Positions 50,093-60,447 of a stretch of 64,000 bases of DNA are shown piece after piece. The notes below the pieces were generated by a model. The model worked only from the letters and a program-made list of their open reading frames with translations. It was not told where the DNA came from and did not search any database. Position 1 is the first letter of the stretch, and each line of letters opens with the position of its first letter. Position numbers and translations under genes: made by a program. The stretch is taken from the NCBI GenBank assembly GCA_002448445.1, contig DJYC01000112.1, positions 51,334-115,333 of the forward strand, in the 5' to 3' direction. The stretch is from Treponema sp. UBA6988. GTDB taxonomy: Bacteria > Spirochaetota > Spirochaetia > Treponematales > Treponemataceae.

Positions 50093-52903
50093 ATGGTTAT
50101 GAAAAAGCTTTTTATTTTTACTTTCCTCGCTTTTTTTTCTGCGGCCACTTTTTATTCCGAAGGTGAAGGCGGCATTACGGAAAAGAAGAAGGTGCTTTTT
50201 CTTAGCTCCTATTCGATGAAGGAAGAGGCTGTCATGCTGCAGATAAACGGCCTCACATCGATTCTTCCCGATGACAAATACGAGATTTCCTATGAATTTA
50301 TGGATTCAAGGCGCTTTAATTCCACCTACGACACTTCGCTTTTTACGATTTACCTGCGCAGCAAGCTAACAAGGCAGACCGGCTTTGACTGCATAATTAC
50401 GGGCGGCGACGAGGCGCTTTCTTTTTTGTACACCCATCCGACCATGCGGGGGGATTCGCCAGTCGTGTATTTTGGAATTCAAGATGACGAGCTCTGGGAC
50501 AAGGCTCAGAAATTCAACTTTATGACTGGCATTTCCGGTACTCCAGATTTTGCCGCCAACCTAAAGTTTGCATCCTCGCTCTTTCCGGGCACAAAGCACA
50601 TAGTCTTTATCACCGACTCTTCGCGCGAGGGCTTTATTGACGAAAGCAAGATTCACGGGATTATGGAAAAGAACAGGAAGTACTCCTATGAAATACTGAA
50701 CCTTACCGAGCGGATTCCAGCATCGCTAAAGTCACGCATAGAAGCGCAGGGGCCTGGTTCCGTAATATTTCTTGCTGACGTTTACCTTTCCCACAACAGG
50801 ACCCTCAATTCCCTGCAGAAGACGGCTTTTGACATTTGCTCCGTTTCAAAGGTGCCTGTCTTTTGCATAAAGCACGACCTTACGGACAGCGGTGCCATAG
50901 GCGGTTTTGTAATCGATGAATACGGCAGTGCAAGACTTGCAGGGGACATTGCGCGCCACATCATGGACGGAACCGACGTTTCTAAGGTTCACCGCATTAC
51001 AAAGACCCCCACTTTTGCAGTTGCGGACAAAAAGGTTCTTGACCTGTTCAAAATCAGCACCTTTTCACTTCCGACCGGGACTATTATAAAGAACCACCGG
51101 CAGAGTTTCTTTGAGCGTTTCCGAATTGCGATTATCGGCATATCATTCCTCGTGCTTGCCCTGGGCTATGCATCCATCTACTATTTTAGGAGGAGCATCA
51201 AGCAGAAAAAGCTTTTGGAGACGGACAACAAAATATTCAGGCATACCGCATTTGAATCCACGGACTACATTGCAGTCATAGACGCAAAGGACAATTCCAC
51301 AACGCTGCTCTACGGCTCATGGTTTGAAAAGGGAGTGGAAGTGCCTGACAATATGAGGAAGCTGCCGCTCCTGGACCTGCTGAACATTTTTGCGGAAAAA
51401 TACGTTGCAATGGAAACCAGGGAAAACTTCATAAAGGTATTCCTCCTTGAAAGCATAATTCCAAAAATTCAGGCGGCAAAAGACGGAAAATATGTTTTCT
51501 CCGGGAACTTTGTAGAGCCTTCCGGCCTTACGATAACAAAGCAGTTTTCCTACAGCTTCCTTGATACGAAGAAAGGGCTGATTCTTTCCTACCGCACGGA
51601 CATAACCCAGAGTGTGCGCGAGGAACAGGAAACGAACGAGAGGCTCAGGAGGGCCGTGGACATTGCGCAAAAGGCAAACGAGGCAAAGACCCAGTTCCTT
51701 TCCAGAATCAGCCATGACATCCGAACCCCAATCGGGGCAATACTCAACCTGACCGACTTTGCAAAAAAGGACATGGACAACAGGCAGAACCTAAATTCAG
51801 ACCTGGACAAGATTGCCACAAGCGGGCGCTTTTTGCTTTCGCTCATAAACGACGTGCTGGACATTTCCAAGATTGACTCGGACAAGATTGAGCTTAACAG
51901 GGAAGCGTACAGCTTTATTGACTACGTAAACGAGATAAAGAACATAATTGCGCCAATGTGCACGGAAAAAAACATTTCCTACAAAATCATAACGCAAAAC
52001 GATTCGGCGGAAGTTGTGCAGATGGACAAAATCAGAATCAACCAGATTACGCTGAACCTTTTGTCCAACGCGGTAAAATACACCCCTCCCGGGGGAACGG
52101 TTACATTCCGCGTCTCTGCCTTTGCAAGGAAGAAGGAAGGTGACAAGTCAAATTGTGCTGACAGTATATCGGGCCTTGCCGATAGTATATCGGGCCTTGC
52201 CGATATAGAAATATCCGTAACGGATACAGGAATCGGTATGAGCGACTCCTTCCAGAGCGTTATGTTTGACGACTTTAGTCAGGAAGAGGACAACCCCCTC
52301 CGCGCCAAGGAAATACAGGGAACAGGTCTGGGGCTTGCAATAGTAAAGCGCCTCGTAGACCTTATGGGCGGAACAATCAGCGTAAAAAGCATGCTCGGAA
52401 AAGGCTCCACGATAAAGGTCTGTATGTCAGGAATGATTGTACAGCAGGACAGGAAGAGCAGGGAATCAAATGCTGATGCGGAAAACGGCAGCCCAAAGAA
52501 AATAGAGGGAACGATTCTTCTTGCGGAGGACAACGAAATCAACGCTGCGATTGCATGCCGCATTTTTGAAGAGATAGGCCTTAGCGTTGACCTTGCAAGC
52601 AACGGTGAAGAAGAGGTTAAAAAGTTTACGGCTTCCCCCGAGGGAAAATACCTTGCAATATTTACGGATATTCAGATGCCCGTTATGAACGGCTACGAGG
52701 CCACGGAAAAAATAAGGAGTCTTGCTGCGGTCAGGGCCGATGCCGCAAAAATCCCCATCATCGCGATGACTGCAAATGCATACCCCGAGGCGGCAGTCAA
52801 GGCAAGCAACAGCGGCATGACCGACTTTACCACCAAACCACTGGATTCAAAGCGGCTTAGGACAATCCTTGAAGTGTATGCGGCAAAAAGGAAGTTGGAA
52901 TAA
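50093..52903 (+). CDS. Hybrid sensor histidine kinase with periplasmic ABC-SBP-like sensor
   Basis: SHDIRTP, NLLSNAVKY, DTGIG, GTGLGL, receiver AEDN...DIQMP. Confidence 0.93.
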   Translation: MVMKKLFIFTFLAFFSAATFYSEGEGGITEKKKVLFLSSYSMKEEAVMLQINGLTSILPDDKYEISYEFMDSRRFNSTYDTSLFTIYLRSKLTRQTGFDCIITGGDEALSFLYTHPTMRGDSPVVYFGIQDDELWDKAQKFNFMTGISGTPDFAANLKFASSLFPGTKHIVFITDSSREGFIDESKIHGIMEKNRKYSYEILNLTERIPASLKSRIEAQGPGSVIFLADVYLSHNRTLNSLQKTAFDICSVSKVPVFCIKHDLTDSGAIGGFVIDEYGSARLAGDIARHIMDGTDVSKVHRITKTPTFAVADKKVLDLFKISTFSLPTGTIIKNHRQSFFERFRIAIIGISFLVLALGYASIYYFRRSIKQKKLLETDNKIFRHTAFESTDYIAVIDAKDNSTTLLYGSWFEKGVEVPDNMRKLPLLDLLNIFAEKYVAMETRENFIKVFLLESIIPKIQAAKDGKYVFSGNFVEPSGLTITKQFSYSFLDTKKGLILSYRTDITQSVREEQETNERLRRAVDIAQKANEAKTQFLSRISHDIRTPIGAILNLTDFAKKDMDNRQNLNSDLDKIATSGRFLLSLINDVLDISKIDSDKIELNREAYSFIDYVNEIKNIIAPMCTEKNISYKIITQNDSAEVVQMDKIRINQITLNLLSNAVKYTPPGGTVTFRVSAFARKKEGDKSNCADSISGLADSISGLADIEISVTDTGIGMSDSFQSVMFDDFSQEEDNPLRAKEIQGTGLGLAIVKRLVDLMGGTISVKSMLGKGSTIKVCMSGMIVQQDRKSRESNADAENGSPKKIEGTILLAEDNEINAAIACRIFEEIGLSVDLASNGEEEVKKFTASPEGKYLAIFTDIQMPVMNGYEATEKIRSLAAVRADAAKIPIIAMTANAYPEAAVKASNSGMTDFTTKPLDSKRLRTILEVYAAKRKLE

Positions 52904-52993
52904 TGGCACTGTTTCAATTAGCGCGGAAGGGGTGCATACCAGAGGAACAAATCCCTTAGATTGCTGCAAGGTGCACTGATTAACTGCTCTTTC

Positions 52994-53692
52994 CTAGCAG
53001 TTTGCGTAGAGGTAGATTTCCCAGGGGTTGGCAGATGTACCGGCAGATGTGCTTTGAAGCTTTTTGTATCCAAGTGAATCGTAGAAGCCAACGTTGCATT
53101 CAGTGTCCGTATGCAGGAAAAATTCTTCCATACCGTTCAAAACAAAATACTCCTCTGCGGAAGAAAGAAGTTTTTTTCCCATGCCTATTCCTCGGCAAGA
53201 CGAATTTGTCAGAAGCAGATAGAGCCTTCCCTTGTATTCCTTTGGGGTTTTTTCCTCATGCGCGGCAGTAAGCCTAAAGAATTTCTTCCAGGCTGAAAGC
53301 TGGCTATGGAATTCGCGGCAGAAAAAAAGCGGCAGAGCATAGGAAAATGCCTTTGCAAGGTAGAAAATGTTGGGAAGCCTTTCCTTCCTGCGGCCTGCGC
53401 AAACAAGGCCCGCTGCGTAGCCGTTGTATTCAGCCACAGCCCTGAAGGATGAATGTGCAAGGCTGTAGTAAAGGTAGGCATAGCCAAAGCGCAAGGCAAG
53501 CTCTTGATTCTTGTGTGAAGATTTTAGCCCCCATGTCTCGTTTATGACCGAGGCCAGTGCAGTTTCGTCTGATTTCCTAAACCTGCGAAGTTCAAAACTT
53601 GTTTCTGATTGTTTTTTTGTCAATAAAGGAAATGCCCTGTTAAAGGCATAACCTGTCCTCAGGACCGCAGTCCCCCTGTTATTCCCACTCAT
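52994..53692 (-). CDS. GNAT acetyltransferase
   Basis: RGIGMGKKL, LHTDTECNVGFY. Confidence 0.8.
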   Translation of the reverse strand: MSGNNRGTAVLRTGYAFNRAFPLLTKKQSETSFELRRFRKSDETALASVINETWGLKSSHKNQELALRFGYAYLYYSLAHSSFRAVAEYNGYAAGLVCAGRRKERLPNIFYLAKAFSYALPLFFCREFHSQLSAWKKFFRLTAAHEEKTPKEYKGRLYLLLTNSSCRGIGMGKKLLSSAEEYFVLNGMEEFFLHTDTECNVGFYDSLGYKKLQSTSAGTSANPWEIYLYANC

Positions 53693-53843
53693 ACTTATAT
53701 AGTATAAAGAGTTATAAAATATTTTCAAGCGAAAAAAGAAGAAATATTAGAAAATCCTGTTATATTTTGTTTTTTTTGTAAAGAAATGCAGGAAAAGTCC
53801 CGATAAAACTTTGCAAAAAAACCTTTTTCGAAAACAAACCAAG

Positions 53844-53921
53844 CCTACCCCCGATTGGAAGGGTGGCGCAGCCAGACCGCCGGAGGCGGGCCGGAGCGGT
53901 AGCGGAGCCCTGCAAAGCGGG
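53844..53921. repeat. Structured repeat copy 10
   Basis: CCTACCCCCGATTGGAAGGG...CCCTGCAAAGCGGG. Confidence 0.75.
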
Positions 53922-53948
53922 TTAGCAAGTAAAGCCTGGTCCAGAAAA

Positions 53949-53983
53949 AAAACTGCCCAGAAAGACAGGCTTCTGGACAGTTC
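53949..53983 (-). terminator. glmS terminator
   Basis: AACTGCCCAGAA..TTCTGGACAGTT hairpin with an A-run on the + strand. Confidence 0.6.
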
Positions 53984-53990
53984 AATTTTT

Positions 53991-55913
53991 TTATTCAACA
54001 GTGACGGACTTTGCCAAGTTGCGCGGTTTGTCGGGATCAAGGCCCCTGTAAACCGAGCAGTAGTAGGCAAAGAGCTGGGCCGGAACAACGGAAAGAATGG
54101 ATGCAAATTCATCGCGGCATACGGGAATGCGAATTGTCTCGTCGGCAGACTCTTTGAATGCATTGCCCTCATCCTGGGTAATTACCAGCGTTGAGCAGCC
54201 ACGTGTTTTTACTTCCACAATGTTGCTTGCGATTTTTTCGTAAAGGTCCTGCCAAGTTGCAATTGCCACCACAAGGGTGTTTTTGTCCACAAGAGCAATG
54301 GGGCCGTGCTTGAGTTCGCCTGCTGCAAATGCCTCGCTGTGCATGTAGCTTACTTCTTTGAGCTTGAGCGCACACTCAAGGCTTGTTGCGCTGTCAAAGA
54401 GGCGGCCGATGAAGAAAACCTTTTCCTTGTTAAAGTTGTTGGAAACAAATTTCTGCACCACGGACTGGTCTGCAAGAATCTGCTCAACCTTGGCGGGAAT
54501 CTGCTCAAGGTCGCAAAGCAAAGCCCTGTATTCATCCTGGGAAATCGTATTGCGGAGAGCTGCACTCTTTAAGGCAAGCAAGTATAGGCAAACAAGCTGC
54601 GTCGTATATGCCTTTGTGGATGCAACCGCAATCTCGGGGCCTGCCCATGTGTAGATTACGTCATCTGCTTCCCTGCTGACAGTAGAGCCGACACAGTTGG
54701 TAATGGCTATCACGTGAACGCCAGCTTCCTTTGCAAGCCTCATAGCCGCCAGCGTATCTGCCGTCTCGCCAGACTGGCTTATTACGATGAAAACGTCGTC
54801 CTTGCTAAGAATCGGGTCGCGGTAGCGGAATTCACTTGCAACGTCCACAACCACAGGTACCCGGGCAAATTTTTCGAATGCATAGCGGGCCACAACTCCT
54901 GCATGGTAGGCTGTACCGCAAGCCGTAATCACTATGCGCTTTGCTGCCTTAAGAAAGTCCTGTCCCTTGCTTACCTCGTCAAACTTTATGTCCACCGGCT
55001 TTCCGCCTTCCATAACAAGACGGGGCCTTATCGTATCGGTAAGGGCCTTTGGCTGCTCGTGGATTTCTTTAAGCATGAAGTGGGCATAGCCACCCTTTTC
55101 TGCAGCGGAAATGTCCCATTCCACATGGTAGGGTTCCTTTATAACCCGGTTTCCCTCCTCGTCAAATAGGTCCACGTGGTCTGAATAAAGGACTGCCACC
55201 TGCTTCTGGTCAAGGAAGTAGACATCGCGTGTGTGCTCAAGCACGGCAGGAACGTCGCTTGCTATAAAGTTTTCACCCTTGCCAAGACCAACAATAAGCG
55301 GGCTTTCCTTTCTTGCGGCAATTATGCGGTCGGGAAAATCCTTGCAGAGAACTCCAAGCGCATAGCTTCCTTCCAGGCGGTGCAGGGTTTCAAGCACGGC
55401 CGGAAATATCTCCCCGGTCTGCTCATAAAAGTAGTTGATTAAATGGGCAACAACTTCCGTATCGGTCTGACTGCGAAAGACAACTCCCTGCCCCTGCAGC
55501 CATGCCTTTAGCTTTGCATAGTTTTCTATAATACCATTGTGTACGATTGCAATTGAACCGCTAACATTAGTCTGCGGGTGCGCGTTTACGTCGCTCGGCT
55601 CACCGTGGGTCGCCCATCTGGTATGCCCAATACCCATAGTACCGTGCATGATGTCCTTCATTCCGTCTATAAGGGAGGCTTCCCTCTTTGAACATTCTGC
55701 CTCAGACATCTTGTCACTCGTGCGGACTACCTGCTTGGTAACGTCTTCAACCAGAGCACGGATTGCACCCTTAACCTTACGCACTACAATATCCTGCCCG
55801 TCAAAAACGGCAAGGCCTGCACTGTCGTATCCACGGTACTCAAGCTTCTTTAGAGCATTAACAAGTATTGGCGTGGCTTCCTTTTCGCCAACGTATCCCA
55901 CGATTCCACACAT
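53991..55913 (-). CDS. glmS: Glutamine--fructose-6-phosphate aminotransferase
   Basis: MCGIVG, GHTRWATHG, SQSGETADT, PRNLAKSVTVE. Confidence 0.98.
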   Translation of the reverse strand: MCGIVGYVGEKEATPILVNALKKLEYRGYDSAGLAVFDGQDIVVRKVKGAIRALVEDVTKQVVRTSDKMSEAECSKREASLIDGMKDIMHGTMGIGHTRWATHGEPSDVNAHPQTNVSGSIAIVHNGIIENYAKLKAWLQGQGVVFRSQTDTEVVAHLINYFYEQTGEIFPAVLETLHRLEGSYALGVLCKDFPDRIIAARKESPLIVGLGKGENFIASDVPAVLEHTRDVYFLDQKQVAVLYSDHVDLFDEEGNRVIKEPYHVEWDISAAEKGGYAHFMLKEIHEQPKALTDTIRPRLVMEGGKPVDIKFDEVSKGQDFLKAAKRIVITACGTAYHAGVVARYAFEKFARVPVVVDVASEFRYRDPILSKDDVFIVISQSGETADTLAAMRLAKEAGVHVIAITNCVGSTVSREADDVIYTWAGPEIAVASTKAYTTQLVCLYLLALKSAALRNTISQDEYRALLCDLEQIPAKVEQILADQSVVQKFVSNNFNKEKVFFIGRLFDSATSLECALKLKEVSYMHSEAFAAGELKHGPIALVDKNTLVVAIATWQDLYEKIASNIVEVKTRGCSTLVITQDEGNAFKESADETIRIPVCRDEFASILSVVPAQLFAYYCSVYRGLDPDKPRNLAKSVTVE

Positions 55914-55985
55914 ATATATTCTCCAAAAAAATTCTAGCAGAAATCCACCCAAGGGGATTTTTAAGATTACTTATTCTACTATAAA

Positions 55986-56867
55986 TCAGATGAGAGTTTC
56001 AAGAATATCAATAACATCAAGATCATATATGCCAGGTTGCCGCCTCAGTTCCACAACAGCATCCTTTTTGCTAAGAATCTTGTGGTAGCTTCTGCGGTTA
56101 ACAAGCGAAACATAACTTTCCACAGCATGGATTATTCTTGCAAGCTGAGGAATCTCCGCAGTGCGAAGGCCTTCCGGGTAGCCGCTTCCGTTTATGTTCT
56201 CGTGGTGCAGGGATGCCGCCTCCGCAAAAATCGAATAGTATTTATATGGAATAAAATCAAGGAATTCCGAAAAGCGCATTACGTGGGTCCTCATAAGCTT
56301 CCTTTCCGCCGCCGAAAGAATCTCGGAAAAGAAAAGCTCCTGTGGCAAGTCCAAAAATCCCGCATCGTAAACCATGGAAGCGCAGAAATAAAGAGTGCAA
56401 AGGTTTCTGTCCAAGCCAAGGGCCGTACTTATTTTAAAGACAAGCTCGCTTACGCTCTTTGAATTGCCAAGGCGGTTGGTGTGCCGGTCAATCTTCTCTC
56501 CAAGAACTTCGCACTTAGATGCAAGCTCCTTAAGTTCCTCAAACTTAATCCGCTCATTGTCGGGAAGCCTCGGAACCTCGTTCATTGCCGCAACTTGGAC
56601 GCGTGCATTCGCCATGTGGATGTCCTTAATCATCTCCATCGTGGCATCAAAACGCCGCCTCTGCATTTTCTGCTCGCGCGAATTCACAAAGAACTGAATC
56701 ACCATAATGGCAAAAATCGCCAGCATGACGATTGCAATAACAGCGAGGATTATGAAAATGTATTTTGAGTCTTCGGAATTTTGCCCGTTCTGAACGGAAA
56801 TGCTGTCCACCAGCTCCCTCACGGTATCCCTTATGTCCCTTCCAAGCTCGTCCGTACTTTCTTCCAT
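55986..56867 (-). CDS. HD-GYP-like membrane protein, degenerate
   Basis: HHENINGSGYP, RRSYH; HD dyad reads YD. Confidence 0.8.
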   Translation of the reverse strand: MEESTDELGRDIRDTVRELVDSISVQNGQNSEDSKYIFIILAVIAIVMLAIFAIMVIQFFVNSREQKMQRRRFDATMEMIKDIHMANARVQVAAMNEVPRLPDNERIKFEELKELASKCEVLGEKIDRHTNRLGNSKSVSELVFKISTALGLDRNLCTLYFCASMVYDAGFLDLPQELFFSEILSAAERKLMRTHVMRFSEFLDFIPYKYYSIFAEAASLHHENINGSGYPEGLRTAEIPQLARIIHAVESYVSLVNRRSYHKILSKKDAVVELRRQPGIYDLDVIDILETLI

Positions 56868-56936
56868 ACTTTCATTCTAGCACGGTCATGCTGAATTTTC
56901 AATCAATTAATTTTTCTTTTTCCGTCCAACATGCCT

Positions 56937-57389
56937 TTATTGTGTATTTTTCTTTCTGTCCTTAAGTTTCTGATTAATTTTTTTTGCCTCACTAAAATCA
57001 AAGAGATAAACCAGAACATTTACAAGAATATAAATCACAATAAACATTGCCTCCATGCTGATGATGGAAAAAGATTCCTCGTTTATCCAGCCAAGCTTAA
57101 TGGCTACAATGAAAAGCGTTGCATTTATAATCAGAAAGTAAACAATCCTTAGCAGAATGATTTCTTTATTGCTCATGTTTTTTTTGATATAAAAAATTCC
57201 AAAGGCAGCTCCAGACACAAGGCCGATTAGCAGAATGCCCCAAATGTCTATAAGACCCCAGTGAACATTTTCAAGCCCAAAGAAAAAATATAAAATAATA
57301 GAGGCAATTAAAAAAATCAAGGTTACAACACGTGTACTGATATTTATCATTAAGGAAAGCATTTCTTTATTTTTTTCTGAAAAACTCAT
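56937..57389 (-). CDS. DUF3021-like membrane protein (LytTR partner)
   Basis: Four TM segments, C-terminal AKKINQKL; coupled to the LytTR gene. Confidence 0.75.
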   Translation of the reverse strand: MSFSEKNKEMLSLMINISTRVVTLIFLIASIILYFFFGLENVHWGLIDIWGILLIGLVSGAAFGIFYIKKNMSNKEIILLRIVYFLIINATLFIVAIKLGWINEESFSIISMEAMFIVIYILVNVLVYLFDFSEAKKINQKLKDRKKNTQ

Positions 57390-57823
57390 AAGCCTAACAA
57401 CTCCTTTAATGTGGTTAAATAATTTCTGGAAATCATAACTTTGTAGCCGTTTTCCAAGACTGCTTCAAAACGGCCGCCGAAAACTGGCGCGAGGCTGTCA
57501 ATTTTATCCAGGTTTACAATTACTCCTTTGTTTGCCCGGAAGAAGCTGCTGCCCGGAAGCTCTTCTTCCAGTTGATAAAGCTTGGACTTTGTTTCAAAAA
57601 CAGAATCCTTAGTGTAGGCAAAAACCGTGTCATCAACTGATTCAAAATACAAAATATCTCCAGGTTCAACAAAGACAATTTTTGAATCTTTATACAAAGA
57701 CATTTTGCCTTTGCCGCTTTTAAGCTGATTTATGAGCTTTGTCATATTATCATCAAGATAATCGCACTTAACAATTATCTCATCTTCTTGACCAGCTTCT
57801 TTTTCCAGGATAGTAATTTTCAT
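57386..57823 (-). CDS. Stand-alone LytTR regulator
   Basis: ILYFES, KLYQLEE, FFR..K..IVN, ISRNY. Confidence 0.92.
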   Translation of the reverse strand: MKITILEKEAGQEDEIIVKCDYLDDNMTKLINQLKSGKGKMSLYKDSKIVFVEPGDILYFESVDDTVFAYTKDSVFETKSKLYQLEEELPGSSFFRANKGVIVNLDKIDSLAPVFGGRFEAVLENGYKVMISRNYLTTLKELLGL

Positions 57824-57838
57824 TTTTCTTCCTTGCCT

Positions 57839-59233
57839 TTATTTTACCATATTTTTCGCTTCTTGCAAGGCGAGAAGAGCCTGGGTTTCTTTTCCGCATT
57901 TCTGGTAACATTCATAGGCCATCACATAGCAATAGGCTTTAAGCATATCGTCTGAAGTGAGCGAGACTATGCGCATAAAATCCCGGGCTCCGCTTTCTGC
58001 TTTTCCAAAAACCTGTTCCGGAACAGAAGCGCTTACGGAAGCCCTGTTCATAAGGACTTCAATTTCCCCTTCCTGACCAGCTGCCAGTTCTGCGGCCTTG
58101 TCAAGATATTCAAAGGCTTCGTTTACGAGGGCCACGGCTTTTACCACAGAAGATTTCCCGCCCTTCATCGCAAGGTAAGAACCGTAATAAGCCATGCTGA
58201 CAAAGTCATCAGGATTTTCCGCCAGCTTTTTTTTGTAAATTAAAAGCCCTTCGTCAGGTGAAGATGCCGCCTGCATTTGACCTGATAAACTTTCGCCATA
58301 GTGTTTTTTTACTTCTTCTACAAACGCCTTGTTTTTTTCTTCTTCGCTTTTTGATTTTTTTCCGGCAGCCATGGAAGCTTCTGCGGGACTTAGCCTTGCT
58401 TTTTCAAAGGTCTCACTATTCCATGATGCAAGGGATTCATTTGACCCAAGGATATCATAAAGAGGCGGAAGAAGATTGTTAAAATTTTTTGAGACCCTCA
58501 TTCCACCGTGTGCTATAGCAGGCTTTTTTTCAAGAGGCATAAAAGCCCCCCGGTCAAACTGGGAATAAGCGCCCGTCAAAACATAATGCCAGGTCTTCTT
58601 TGCACCGAGAATTTTTTGAATCCTTTTATCGCGCAACGGAATGCGAACCTTGATTTGCCTGTCATCATTCAAATTGTAATATTCAGTATTGCAGATAAAA
58701 TTTCCTGCGCTGTCGTAAAGCTTTCCTCCATTCCCGCAAAGCCAGAGGGCAAAATCCCAGGGATGCTCATCATCAAACGAAACTTTTTCAGCAGAATCAA
58801 AAAGGGGGGCTGTGCTTCCTCCATCAATGTTGTCTGCGTCAATATAAACCATGATGTTTCTCACCATAGCGGGGCCGTTTTTATACTCCAAAGAAAGCTG
58901 CCAGTAATCAGAAGACTGCTGCCAGCGTGCATTGGTCACCGGCTGATAAACTGTATAGCGGACAAGATCCAGGGAGCCTTCTGCAAAAGCCTTGTTCAAA
59001 GGATAGGTGATTTCAAATTGATTTCCTGCCCCCTTGTCGTCTCCCATTGAATCCATAAAATCAGCAGATACAGGGCCTCCTGTATACGACGGGTCTACCT
59101 GCAGAAAGCTTCCAATAAAATTTGAAGGAACAGATGAAGTAATAAAAAAGATAGAGACACCAGCAAAGCAGATGACAGCCGTTTTTAGCAAAGTCCATTT
59201 GTATCTGATATTTGTCAGGAGAGCCCTATTCAT
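57839..59233 (-). CDS. Glucodextranase-C/DOMON-like domain + TPR-like domain protein
   Basis: D..GDD.G..ITYP..F..GSLDL; C-terminal AYYGSYLAMKG..LDKA. Confidence 0.6.
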   Translation of the reverse strand: MNRALLTNIRYKWTLLKTAVICFAGVSIFFITSSVPSNFIGSFLQVDPSYTGGPVSADFMDSMGDDKGAGNQFEITYPLNKAFAEGSLDLVRYTVYQPVTNARWQQSSDYWQLSLEYKNGPAMVRNIMVYIDADNIDGGSTAPLFDSAEKVSFDDEHPWDFALWLCGNGGKLYDSAGNFICNTEYYNLNDDRQIKVRIPLRDKRIQKILGAKKTWHYVLTGAYSQFDRGAFMPLEKKPAIAHGGMRVSKNFNNLLPPLYDILGSNESLASWNSETFEKARLSPAEASMAAGKKSKSEEEKNKAFVEEVKKHYGESLSGQMQAASSPDEGLLIYKKKLAENPDDFVSMAYYGSYLAMKGGKSSVVKAVALVNEAFEYLDKAAELAAGQEGEIEVLMNRASVSASVPEQVFGKAESGARDFMRIVSLTSDDMLKAYCYVMAYECYQKCGKETQALLALQEAKNMVK

Positions 59234-60447
59234 TTTGCACCTCCAAAATTCAAAAGAGCGCAGGCAATAAGTTTTAAGGATTTAATCATAAAATCAGAAG
59301 ACATGATTACAGCAAAAGAAAAAGCCGCAAATCGGAAAAGCTGGGCAGGCTGCAAAAGCTCTTGAAAGGCGCGGCACGCTGCATTTTTGGAAACTTTCTG
59401 ATTGTGGCCACAAGTACCGCAGCCTTTTTTCATATTAAAGCGCAATTCGTAAGAGATTGCTTTTTGTGGACAGACAGCCACACATTCTCCGCACTTTGCA
59501 CATGTAAATTCCGGGTGTCCTTTTTTTTCCTGAATTGTCTTAATGTCTATTGCGCTGAAGGGACAGGTGCTTGCACATTTCATACAGCCAACGCATTTGG
59601 CACTGTCGATTTTCATTTGAAAAAGACTGAAACGGTCTGTCAAAGAAGCAAAGGCTCCAAAAGGACAGAGGGAACTGCACTGGGTACGCTTTTTTGTAAG
59701 GATAGGAAGGGCAAGCACAAGGCCTAAAAAAAATCCGATAAAAAGCACGGTTGCAATCAGGCTTGGAATGGAATCTATAGGACTGAACTCTGTAACCAGC
59801 TTAAAAGGGCAGAACCATTCGCAGTAGATGCAGGCCAACTCACACAAAGAGGCAAGAACAATAAAAAAGAAAAATCCAAAATGAAATTCTCTGAGTTCCT
59901 GATTTTTTGGTAAAAGCTTTATGCGCTGTTTTTTTGCCAAGTGAGAAAACCCTTCTTCCCAGCCGCCGTAAAAGCAAACCCAGCTGCACCAGCCACGCCC
60001 AAGTATAAGCGTACAAACCAGCCATATTAAAATCATGCTGGAAACTGCCGCATAGTGGCCCGAAATTCTTGCCGGGAAAATTATGTTCTTTGTTACAAGC
60101 AGTGGAATTAAAACCTGAGGAATTGCAATGTGACAAAACGGAAGCTCTGAGTTACTCATGGCCTGAGAGGTAATTGCCATGCTGCCGCGCTCATTATACA
60201 AATCAGAAATAAAGGCAATGCAAAAGCCTACTGCAAAAACTGTCTGAAAAATTCTTCGGTAAATAACTCCGCTTCCCATTTTTTTATGCTCAGAAAAAGT
60301 CATCCTCGCAAAAAGAAAGAAAAGAAAAAAAGCATAAAGTAGAGAAGCAAGTGAAAAATTATTCATCAGGACAACAAAGAAGAAAATTATAAAGGCCATC
60401 ATGGCAGATAAAATTAAGGAAGAAATCATAACAAACCTCCTAACCAA
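59230..60447 (-). CDS. Membrane 4Fe-4S protein (NapH/MauN-like)
   Basis: GRGWCSWVC, YCEWFCP, CSSLCPFG, two CxxCxxCxxxCP motifs. Confidence 0.88.
   Translation of the reverse strand: MVRRFVMISSLILSAMMAFIIFFFVVLMNNFSLASLLYAFFLFFLFARMTFSEHKKMGSGVIYRRIFQTVFAVGFCIAFISDLYNERGSMAITSQAMSNSELPFCHIAIPQVLIPLLVTKNIIFPARISGHYAAVSSMILIWLVCTLILGRGWCSWVCFYGGWEEGFSHLAKKQRIKLLPKNQELREFHFGFFFFIVLASLCELACIYCEWFCPFKLVTEFSPIDSIPSLIATVLFIGFFLGLVLALPILTKKRTQCSSLCPFGAFASLTDRFSLFQMKIDSAKCVGCMKCASTCPFSAIDIKTIQEKKGHPEFTCAKCGECVAVCPQKAISYELRFNMKKGCGTCGHNQKVSKNAACRAFQELLQPAQLFRFAAFSFAVIMSSDFMIKSLKLIACALLNFGGAK

Noticed and set aside
55914-55985. glmS ribozyme
   Set aside because: The intergenic region is only ~70 nt and lacks the conserved core.
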